Assembly: GCA_002269645.1 (NCBI GenBank)
Contig: NIVC01000416.1
Coordinates: forward strand, 372,001 to 436,000
DNA length: 64,000 bases
Reading direction: 5' to 3'
Source: Macrostomum lignano
Taxonomy: Eukaryota
Shown: positions 53,609 through 61,998 of the stretch, piece by piece
Numbering within the stretch: position 1 is the first letter of the stretch
Layout of the letters: every line of letters begins with the position of its first letter
Made by a program: the position numbers and the translations under genes
The notes under the pieces: model-generated
Seen by the model: only the letters and a program-made list of their open reading frames with translations
Told to the model about the DNA's origin: nothing
Databases searched by the model: none

Positions 53609-55036
53609 ATGAAAATGGACGCACTTCATCAAGACAGCGTCACTCTAGTTGCTAGGCCAGATACTTCATCGCCCGCTGCACTTTATGAGTCGTCGAATTT
53701 CAACTGCAGCTGGAATTTACTAGCCAAACCCTGTTCCCGGAACAGTGAGCGGCAGTTGATCCTGATTGGGGATCCATCGAGTAAAGACGGCAATATGAAT
53801 GCGAGCCCAATGCGGTACCGGCTGAGTGAGTCCGAGTTTGCAGTGTACCCTGGCCTGATTCACGGAGTCACTCTGGGCGCCAAGTGAGTGCTGAAATATG
53901 CGGACTTAATAATGATAATAATACTAACGACCTTCATTTGATTCTTGACTTTTGAGCTCTCTATAAATCCTTAATAAAACGCAGGAAGTGTAATTGGAAG
54001 GGTCGCAACCGTAAGGAGCGCAAATTCTTGGTGTCTTGGTAGGCGCCCCTGTCTCTTGGTGGGCGCCCCTGTCTCTTGGTGGGCGCCCCTGTCTCTTGGT
54101 GGGCGCCCCTGTCTCTTGGTGGGCGCCCCTGACTCTTGGTGGGCGCCCCTGTCTCTTGGTGGGCGCCCCTGTCTCTTGGTGGGCGCCCCTGTCTCTTGAT
54201 GGGCGCCCCTGTCTTTTGGTGGGCGCCCCTGTCTCTTGGTAGGCGCCCCTGTCTCTTGGTGGGCGCCCCTGTCTCTTGGTGAGCGCCAATGTCTCTTGGT
54301 GGGCGCCCCTGTCTCTTGGTGGGCGCCCCTGTCTCTTGGTGGGCGCCACTGTCTCTTGGTGGGCGCCACTGTCTCTTGGTAGGCGCCCCTGTCTCTTGGT
54401 GGACGCCACACGAGCAATTTATTTGAACGTCAATCGCGCAAATCCTCATTGTTGTATTACAACCTGTACCGCTTCTCCCACACCCTGCAGCAGCTGCATC
54501 ATCAAGGTGTCGGCCCCCATAACCTCCCAGCATCCTGCCACCCCGGAGCCGCCCAGTCTCACAGCGGTGCTGCTTCATCCCGAGATCTGTGCCAGGGACT
54601 TTCTCCAGTTCAAGGGCGGCTGCTACACAGCCAGTCGAATCCGTCAGAGCTTCAAGGACTTCTCGAGCAGCATCCTGGGCTCTGCTCAGTTGGCCAGCTT
54701 CTCCAGCAAGGCTGAGATCAGCAGCTTCATCGAAGCGAGTGAGTCCACTCGAGACGAGATTGAGTATTGAGATTGAGTATACATTAGAGGAATTCAAGTA
54801 ACAGCATTAACTACATTCACTTGAGACGTCAATTAAGTATAAAAAATACTTGCTATTATCCCAGACCTGGTCCGAGCGCGGGTTCATCCGTACAGACCGC
54901 CTCTGGACCTGACACAGCCGACTCGAATCGCCGTGTTTTACAGACCCTCCGATCACAGCGTGCTTTCGCCTGCTTGGAATGAGACTCACTGCTCGCTGGA
55001 GCCAGTTGCTGAGCTGCAGAGCCTGGCAGATCATCT
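53609..55036 (+). CDS. Unidentified multi-exon host gene (3 linked exons, open 3' end)
   Basis: Exons 53609-53883, 54491-54738, 54865-55036; all donors gtgagt, phases 2/1/2 join in one frame (...YPGLIHGVTLGAN SCIIKVSAPI...SSFIEAN LVRARVHPYRPPLDLTQPTRIAVFYRPSD...). Start codon and family uncertain. Confidence 0.7.
54030..54402. repeat. 20-bp minisatellite (intron 1 of the unidentified gene)
   Basis: GTCTCTTGGTGGGCGCCCCT tandem. Confidence 0.95.
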
Positions 55037-55069
55037 GTGAGTATTTGGGATTCTATCTTTTGATAGTTG

Positions 55070-55290
55070 TTTGTGTGTCTTCTACCTGACTTGTTTGTGT
55101 GTCTTCTACCTGACTTGTTTGTGTGTCTTCTACCTGACTAGTTTGTGTGTTCTACCTGACTTGTTTGTGTGTCTTCTACCTGACTTGTTTGTGTGTCTTC
55201 TACCTGACTTGCTTGTGTGTCTTCTACCTGACTTGCTTGTGTGTCTTCTACCTGACTTGTTTGTGTGTCTTCTACCTGACTTGTTTGTGT
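55070..55290. repeat. 24-bp minisatellite (intron 3 of the unidentified gene)
   Basis: GTGTGTCTTCTACCTGACTTGTTT tandem. Confidence 0.93.
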
Positions 55291-55639
55291 GTCTTCTACT
55301 ATCTACTTCTACTATCTACTTCTACTATCTACTATCTAAAACTATCGAACATTCTTATATATGTTCGATATATAAGAACTACATATCGTGCAGATTGTTG
55401 TTGATTTTGGAGGTGAGGTGGGTGTCAGAGCCAATGCAAATTCAACGCCTATCTAAATACATTAGACCGATTCTAATTGGTCCAGAGTCATTATGTGAGA
55501 CATTTATGCTCTCATGTAAAATCTATACATGTAATCAGTGTACACTGTATCGTACAGAAGCGACGACCAGTACAATATAGTACGCATAATTAGCGCTTCA
55601 CCGTTGTTGTACGTAGAAACGCGCGCGCCCCCATCCCCA

Positions 55640-55900
55640 CACAATGCAGCATTGGTGTACGCAGAATTAACTGTCCATATTAACTGTCCATATACCAAAA
55701 ATTGGCAGAATTAGAGCGCCCACCCACCCCATAACTGTCCATATTATTACTTGTCCATATTTACTGTCCATCCCAAAATTGGTGTACGCGCAGAATTGTA
55801 GCGTCCGCCCACCCCATAACTGTCCATATTATTACTTGTCCATATTTACTGTCCATATATACACCCAAAATTGGTGTACGCACAGAATTGTCTGTGACCC
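55640..55900. repeat. Subterminal repeat array, probably within the Polinton TIR
   Basis: About 8 copies of TGTCCAT(AT), several AAAATTGG(TGTACGC), and a duplicated block starting CCCACCCCATAACTGTCCATATTATTAC. Confidence 0.65.
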
Positions 55901-56213
55901 CCACAAAATTGGCGGTCCCACGCGGAGGCATGATGAGTCAGTCAGCCAGTAAATCGCCGCTGTCCACCCCTCTGCCCTGCGCTGGCCGCTATAGCTACCT
56001 GCAGCAGTGTTACGCAACAACCCGGTCGAGCCACAATGCTAACTTTATAGCCAGACACGTCATCAAGGTCTGAAAACACAAACTTCTATGCATGAAATAT
56101 TCTCGTTTAACAAGATGCCAAACCAACTTTGTTCGGACAGCAAACTATAAATAAGAAAATTTGGATTCTCGGCCGTTTATCTAAATTCACCAAGTTCAAT
56201 TAACAACCCAATC

Positions 56214-56410
56214 ATGTGGAAAACGCAGTGTTTGACAAGCAATTTTTGGTTGCCAAAGCACAAGAGGATCAGACCGACAAAGCATGAACTGCCAAGAACT
56301 TTGAGCAAGGATTTCAACACACCTCCAACGCCAGCACCGAAAATAGGTACAAATCTCTTTTTTTTTCTGGAATCCTCGATAACGACAACACCGTAAAAAG
56401 CTCGTTAACA
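56214..56410 (+). pseudogene. Internally deleted copy of the adjacent Polinton accessory gene
   Basis: NFWLPKHKRIRPTKHELPRTLSKDFNTPPTPAP matches NFWLPKHKRNRPPKLELPATWSKDFSTPPTPAP at about 56930-57030; frameshifted. Confidence 0.6.
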
Positions 56411-56458
56411 TGTAATTAAAACAAAAACTTATTGAGACTCTCGGGTATATAAGCACCA
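56411..56458 (+). promoter_or_regulatory. Duplicated promoter block with TATA box, copy 1
   Basis: 48 bp identical to 57101-57148; TATATAAG at 56446-56453, upstream of ATG 56574. Confidence 0.65.
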
Positions 56459-56573
56459 ACCCGGGGCACCAAGCACCCGTACCTGCAAATTTTTCTCGGA
56501 TTCTCGGCAGTTTTTCAAGCTCGAATAACATCCCCACCACTAGTGCGAACAACGCAGCAGTGCTTGACAAGAA

Positions 56574-57107
56574 ATGAGCTGGATTTCCAGAGACTACCCC
56601 CTATTATCGAACGAGGAAAAAGACGAATACGAGGCCTTGAAAAAATCTGCTGACTGGTTGTGCATTTGCCACAGCAAACCGATTTCCGAGCGATTAGTCA
56701 CCTTCAATGCCAAGGTCGAGGAAATTGATCAAGGCCCCTACGACAGCCAAGACTACGCAGCAGCCAGGATAAATGAGCAACTACGGGACAAAATGAGATT
56801 CAAAGCTGATTTAGCACGAATGGAAGATTACTGGCTCCGATACTAAGTGAAGAGCATCGCCAAAAAATACGTTTTCGGAACCATCAAGATCTGTATAATC
56901 CGTCGTGGGAGGAGCAACAAAAGATTTGGAATTTTTGGCTGCCAAAGCACAAGAGGAACAGGCCGCCAAAGCTTGAACTACCAGCAACTTGGAGCAAGGA
57001 TTTCAGCACACCTCCAACGCCAGCACCCGAAAATAGGAACAAAAGGTTCATTTTTTCCGGAATCCTCGATAACGACAACTCTGTAAAAAGCTCGTTATCG
57101 TGTAATT
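56574..57107 (+). CDS. Polinton accessory protein of unknown function, probably split by a frameshift
   Basis: ORF 56574-56846 (90 aa); an overlapping ATG-less open frame 56810-57107 continues SEEHRQKIRFRNHQDLYNPSWEEQQKIWNFWLPK...SSLSC*. Confidence 0.55.
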
Positions 57108-57148
57108 AAAACAAAAACTTATTGAGACTCTCGGGTATATAAGCACCA
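57101..57148 (+). promoter_or_regulatory. Duplicated promoter block with TATA box, copy 2
   Basis: TATATAAG at 57136-57143, 69 bp upstream of ATG 57205. Confidence 0.65.
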
Positions 57149-57204
57149 GCCCGGAGCATCTGCAAGCGCCCGTACCTGCAAATTTTTCTAAACAGACAAG
57201 AGAC

Positions 57205-57915
57205 ATGGAGACAGTGCAAGACTTCAACTGCGTCAAGCGAGAGCTGCTGGCACTCAAACCGCGAGGTCCGAGCTTCAACGGGGTTGAAACGTTTGACATT
57301 GAATATGACGAACAGGGACCTCTCTACTTGGCCAATGCGGTCCCTGTTTTGATCGTCAAGGGCGTGCGTACTGACAACGAAGGTCGCGAATTCATCATCA
57401 TTGCACAAAAACACATTGAAAGCTGCATACCCTACACTTTCAACACTGTGGCGGAGCACCTTTCCAGCGAAAGTCTAGCTCTGCTGGGCTACAACCCAGC
57501 GTTTGGAGGTGACAGTGCAGCGTTTGGGCTGGCTCACGACTTTAAAATGTACGACCAAAACGGACTGCCTGTAGAGGATTACAAAAACAAGAGCGGCTAC
57601 TACAGGATTCTGTTTACTCTCGACACGGCCGTGATTCGAGACGCTGTTTTGACCGCAATGCCAAAAATTCAACAGCTACAGTTTGTCGAAGAAGCCAAAC
57701 AGGCATTCGATCGTTGCTATTGGACGCCACCTCCAAAAATCAAGGTAGGCGCCAAGAAAGTAAGCAAGAAAGCAAAGAAACCACCAAAGCTTGTCAAGGA
57801 GAAGCAGCCAAAGGTGCCTAAAAATCAGGCCAGAAAGCGACAGCATCAATCGAAACTAGTAGCAGCCAACGAATCAAAGAAGCGGTCGAAAGCCCCAAGA
57901 AGGATACGAAAGTAA
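57205..57915 (+). CDS. Putative OB-fold ssDNA-binding protein with Lys/Arg-rich C-terminal tail
   Basis: Intact 236-aa ORF; FKMYDQNGLPV...GYYRILFTLDTAVI...MPKIQQLQFVE resembles the C-terminal strands of T7 gp2.5-like/NCLDV SSBs (by eye). Confidence 0.55.
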   Translation: METVQDFNCVKRELLALKPRGPSFNGVETFDIEYDEQGPLYLANAVPVLIVKGVRTDNEGREFIIIAQKHIESCIPYTFNTVAEHLSSESLALLGYNPAFGGDSAAFGLAHDFKMYDQNGLPVEDYKNKSGYYRILFTLDTAVIRDAVLTAMPKIQQLQFVEEAKQAFDRCYWTPPPKIKVGAKKVSKKAKKPPKLVKEKQPKVPKNQARKRQHQSKLVAANESKKRSKAPRRIRK

Positions 57916-58413
57916 AAACTGCCGAAAAATCTACTTGCAGAACGTCGAGTGTGTGAACCGAGTGTTTTGCGCGAAATGGAGCCGCATGCCTGACTTGGAC
58001 TGGGCGAGCGCACGGACATTTCGCAGACCAAGAGCTCTTATCAATTTGCGAATAGGAAATGTACAATCAACTTTTTTCAGCGTTCTTTGTCTGCAATTGT
58101 ATTCGGTTGTCGCTCCATCAACCAAGTTTTGCGTCTTTTTCCTCAATGTAAACCAATTTCTGTTGTTGTTACCACTAGTACTTACCGCGCTGAAGTAGAC
58201 AGATGGCCAAACTTTTTCCAAATTGCATACTCCGGGTCCCGCTGGGTGAAGTGGGAGTGTGAAGTTTTCAATGGAATAGTAATAAAGTCTCCATTTCGCA
58301 ATGCTAAATGTTTATTATGCGGAAAGAATGGCCGCCTTGTTTTCCTTGGAATACGAAACTTTAAAGAGCTCTGTCAAATGTACGATCATGTGACTAGCGT
58401 TTTGCATGTCTAA
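57916..58413 (+). pseudogene. Divergent TATA-binding protein (TBP)-like gene with one in-frame TGA at 57991-57993
   Basis: Two TBP repeats: [18 protein letters not shown]...[25 protein letters not shown] and [53 protein letters not shown], compared with TBP [52 protein letters not shown]. Confidence 0.7.
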
Positions 58414-58553
58414 TCCATGTAGCTGTTGCGTAACTTTACTGCTTTACCACTGTACCGAATTTGTATGTACGTACAAGCTGCTATGAAATTGTCTATAAAT
58501 ATATTGTGCATAAATTGCAGTGCACTGCAACCAACATCTTTTTGCTAAACAAA

Positions 58554-58910
58554 ATGACAAACGGAATCTCCAGACTATGTTCTTGTCGCGGCGAGCTCGC
58601 AGAGCTCGCCAAAGCCCGTCCCGCTCTTCGGCGGGCCATTATTCGAGGTGCAGGCAAGGAACTGATTCATTGTCTCTGTGAATTGAGTCACAACGTGCTC
58701 CGGGGAAATATCGATCTTTCTCCGAAACAGTATCTGCGATTAAAGCGATACAGAAGATCGTTGCGTGAATTGGCAGACACAAAATTGTCTATAAATAGGA
58801 AGAAGAATATGCTTCTCTCGAATCCTCAAGTCGGTGGTTTTCTACCCATACTTGCATCTGTTGCTGCACCGCTAATATCAAGCCTGTTTGGCGGACTACT
58901 TGGTCGCTAA
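58554..58910 (+). CDS. Adintovirus GasderminX-like virion protein with C-terminal amphipathic helix
   Basis: LIHCLCELSHNVLRGNIDLSPKQYLRLKRYRRSLRELA...QVGGFLPILASVAAPLISSLFG is the conserved Polinton pattern; ATG 58554 follows TATAAATA at 58494. Confidence 0.8.
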   Translation: MTNGISRLCSCRGELAELAKARPALRRAIIRGAGKELIHCLCELSHNVLRGNIDLSPKQYLRLKRYRRSLRELADTKLSINRKKNMLLSNPQVGGFLPILASVAAPLISSLFGGLLGR

Positions 58911-58911
58911 A

Positions 58912-59562
58912 ATGAATAAATACGTTGTTGTACCAGAAGAAGAATTTAATAGACTAAGTCAAGGCGCACCCCGAGAAATTGCATCCAAAACAGAATATGA
59001 AAAACTCATTGAATACAACACTCAACTCCAAAATAAACTAAGTCAGATCAAGCAAAAGAAGAGTAATCGTTTTCCTGAACGACAACAACGTGTTTGGGAC
59101 ATGCTGACAGAAAGATACCCAAATTTGGAGTACAACAAGTCGTGGGAAATTGTATTTGATGGAAAAACCTGGCCAGGAAGCAATATTTTCGATCTATTGA
59201 AGGAGATTACATCGAATGAAAGGCGCGACCGCCCAAGCCCAAAATATAGTACCGCTTTTTGGGCCCTGGCCGAAGAGGCAGATATTGCAAAAGCTCTACT
59301 AGGACGACGCCAACAAGAAGAAGTCAGTGTGAAAAAAGAAGTCGGCACGGATCCGGATCGAGACGATTTTTTAGTCGAGCAAGCAATTGGAACTAATGAT
59401 TTCTACAACGACTTCCACAAAGACCAAGCCAGTGGCCTGAATGAAATTAAAAAATATGAAGATCGTGGCAGCAATGCCTACAGGCATGCTTCATACCAAC
59501 TTCGCGAACCAAAGAGGCGGCAGAAACCAGCAGTAAAATACGAGACGTTAAAAAAACTATAA
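58912..59562 (+). CDS. Conserved Polinton protein (GSNIxDL motif)
   Basis: 216 aa from ATG 58912; WEIVFDGKTWPGSNIFDLL matches the motif of the gene that usually follows the GasderminX-like gene. Confidence 0.7.
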   Translation: MNKYVVVPEEEFNRLSQGAPREIASKTEYEKLIEYNTQLQNKLSQIKQKKSNRFPERQQRVWDMLTERYPNLEYNKSWEIVFDGKTWPGSNIFDLLKEITSNERRDRPSPKYSTAFWALAEEADIAKALLGRRQQEEVSVKKEVGTDPDRDDFLVEQAIGTNDFYNDFHKDQASGLNEIKKYEDRGSNAYRHASYQLREPKRRQKPAVKYETLKKL

Positions 59563-59602
59563 ATAGAAATCATTTTCATGATTTATAATCTGTTTTTGGA
59601 TC

Positions 59603-59869
59603 ATGGGTGCCGCAGCTGTAACTTCAAAGCTTTGCTCAGACAAACCGTCTGTGGAGTTCAAGTGTAATTACTCATGCTGTGCATCGAATCTAGTTGCGAA
59701 TGAGGGTGAAAACCGCTCTTCGGAGAGTGTACGAACAGGGGGACGCCGCTTTTACAAATGCTGCCCGTGTATATCAGGAGGCCAAACGGCTGGTCCCCTC
59801 CCTGACGAGACGCCAAACAGACGAATGGCTGAAGACCCAATCGAGCTACACCCGGCACAAGAGGGTTAA
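59603..59869 (+). CDS. Possible small Cys-rich (MG...C...CxxSCC) protein overlapping the integrase start
   Basis: ATG 45 bp after TATAAATA at 59558; MGAAAVTSKLCSDKPSVEFKCNYSCC. Confidence 0.4.
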   Translation: MGAAAVTSKLCSDKPSVEFKCNYSCCASNLVANEGENRSSESVRTGGRRFYKCCPCISGGQTAGPLPDETPNRRMAEDPIELHPAQEG

Positions 59870-60767
59870 AAGAAAATTCCAAACCGGAAAAGTAATGTCA
59901 GGAGGCTTCATGGAAACTGTGCAAGCGGATTTGATGGACATGTCACGATACGAACAATGGAATGATGGTCATCGATATATTCTAGTTGCAATTGACGTGC
60001 TTAGTAAATTGGCTTTTTGTCAGTCAATAAAATTGAAAAGCGACACTCCAAAGGCTTTTGAAAGCATGATCAAAGACTTCCCCATTAAGCCTTTATATCT
60101 ACACGTTGATCGAGGTACCGAGTTTTATAACAATCGCATGCAGAACTTACTGAAAGCCCATAATATCAAAATGTACAGTACAAACTCTGTATACAAGGCA
60201 AATATGGCTGAAAGGCTGATTAGGACTCTCCGAAAACGTTTAGCTCGCTACTTTGAGCATAAAAACACGTGGCGTTGGATCGACTATTTGCCAATATTGG
60301 TTAAAAGTTACAACAACACAGTACACTCTACTATTGATATGAAACCTTCGAGTGTCGGTCTGCACAATCAAAAAGAATTGTGGGAAAAGCTCTACAAGGA
60401 TCCTGAATATGATGAACCAGTTTACCAAAAAGGGGACTTTGTCAGAATTTCAAAATCTCGTCGAGCCTTTGACAAGGAAGCATACGATATGTACAGCGAA
60501 GAAGTTTACGTTGTGTCTCAAGTATGCCCGGGACCGCCTCATTTTTATCGCATTTCCGACCTATCTGGAGAACAAATCGAGGGTCGATTCTACTATAATG
60601 AACTTTCAAAGACGGTTCGACCGGACCGCTTTGTTATAGACAAAATTCTGCGTCGCAATGTCATCATCAATGGTGTCGCTCATCATTTCGTTAGTTGGCG
60701 CGGCTATCCCGAGTCGTTCAATGCATTTGTACCAGTTGAGGAAGTTATAAATATAAGACAAGGATGA
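59700..60767 (+). CDS. Retroviral-type (rve) integrase with C-terminal chromodomain
   Basis: DDE motifs VQADLMDM, IDVLSK, LHVDRGTEF, KANMAERLIRTLR; chromodomain FVIDKIL...HFVSWRGYPESFNAFVP. First ATG is at 59700; the ORF track starts at TTG 59694. Confidence 0.95.
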   Translation: MRVKTALRRVYEQGDAAFTNAARVYQEAKRLVPSLTRRQTDEWLKTQSSYTRHKRVKRKFQTGKVMSGGFMETVQADLMDMSRYEQWNDGHRYILVAIDVLSKLAFCQSIKLKSDTPKAFESMIKDFPIKPLYLHVDRGTEFYNNRMQNLLKAHNIKMYSTNSVYKANMAERLIRTLRKRLARYFEHKNTWRWIDYLPILVKSYNNTVHSTIDMKPSSVGLHNQKELWEKLYKDPEYDEPVYQKGDFVRISKSRRAFDKEAYDMYSEEVYVVSQVCPGPPHFYRISDLSGEQIEGRFYYNELSKTVRPDRFVIDKILRRNVIINGVAHHFVSWRGYPESFNAFVPVEEVINIRQG

Positions 60768-60801
60768 ACACACATACACTCGAAACGTGTAGTATATTAC
60801 A

Positions 60802-61955
60802 ATGCATCTATTCCTACCTAGCAATGCGTGCGTTGAGCACTATCCTGAGAATAATTCGGCACATTATAGCATTAATTTGCCCGACACCCTCCACTTTCCG
60901 AATCATGAAGTCTGCATCGAACGGATCTACTTTTGTAAAGAATTCAAAACCGTCCCCGATAATCGAATGGTTGATGTCCTGACCAACGCTCCGAGGATGA
61001 AGTGATTGACATTGAGGTGAGAGAAAAACCCGCCTCCACGTATAAACAGTTTGCGTCGGTTTCTCTCGCCGCGGGGCTATCAACAGCCAACGAAGTGGTT
61101 GATGCAATCATCGCCGATCTAAAATATGAGCAAGACGATAATGCGATGATTTGCATTGAGCGTTCACAGGAAGGCCAAATTTCAATTGTGAACAAATCAT
61201 GGTATGGTGCGAACATTAGGCTGTCCAGTAATGTGCGTAGCATGTTTAAAAAGGTTGATGACGCTGGAAATAAATCAAATATCGAAGTAACGACTTTTTT
61301 ATTAAACCCAAGAAATTCGTTAGTATTCGCTATAGAATTGGAGTCCTCCTCCTCCATAGAGAGTCCGATGACTCTAACGTTTGAAAAGAGTGTCTGGCCT
61401 TCTAGAACGTCACTGCGGATTGCTAAAGGATTCTACCGCACGCCTGACGAGCTCTTAAATTATGTTAATGGAGCGCTTTGGAGCGTCGTTTCAAAGCTCC
61501 CAATAAGTCCAGCGACGAGAGTGGATGCATTCCACTACAACCCTTTTCTGAACCGGTGTGAGTACAAACCCATTGAAAACATTTTATTCGACATTGGAGA
61601 GCTTGCTGCCATTCTCGGCTTTCGCGAAGATGTTTTCAATGAAACTCCAAAGACCGCTAAACGACCAATCGATTTAACAAATGGTGTACAAACTATGTAC
61701 ATCTATTCAAATATTGTCGACTCTGCCATTGTTGGAGACGTCAAAGTCCCCCTGCTTGGGGCAATTCCTTTGAATGAAAAGGTATACGGCGAACGAGAGT
61801 ACTACGAGTTTGTCAATCCATCCTACTTACCGTTGGTGAAACACCCATTCAAAACCATTGAGGTGCAAATCTGTGACGATATGGGCAAGTTAATGGATCG
61901 GATTCTTCGAGGCAAAACTGTTTTATCGATCAACATTCGTGAAATTAAGCTATAA
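60802..61955 (+). pseudogene. Minor capsid protein (penton), split by a frameshift at about 60975-61002
   Basis: N-terminus MHLFLPSNACVEHYPENNSAHYSINLP (60802-61005) and C-terminus DLTNGVQTMYIYSNIVDSAIVGDVKVPLL...TIEVQICDDMG (61002-61955) are the two conserved ends of one penton but lie in different frames. Confidence 0.85.
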
Positions 61956-61998
61956 ATAAAGAAGTTTTCACGAATAAAGGTAGCAACTGATCGACAAT

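Noticed and set aside
53961-54797. 278-aa minus-strand ORF
   Set aside because: It is the antisense of a plus-strand exon with proper splice sites, extended by the 20-bp repeat.
57935-58198. 87-aa plus-strand ORF from the track
   Set aside because: It is an alternative frame over the TBP-like sequence, has a TTG start and no recognisable features.
60970-60995. 26-nt GT-AG intron that would restore the penton frame
   Set aside because: It is too short for most spliceosomes, with a weak donor and no pyrimidine tract; a 1-bp indel is more likely.
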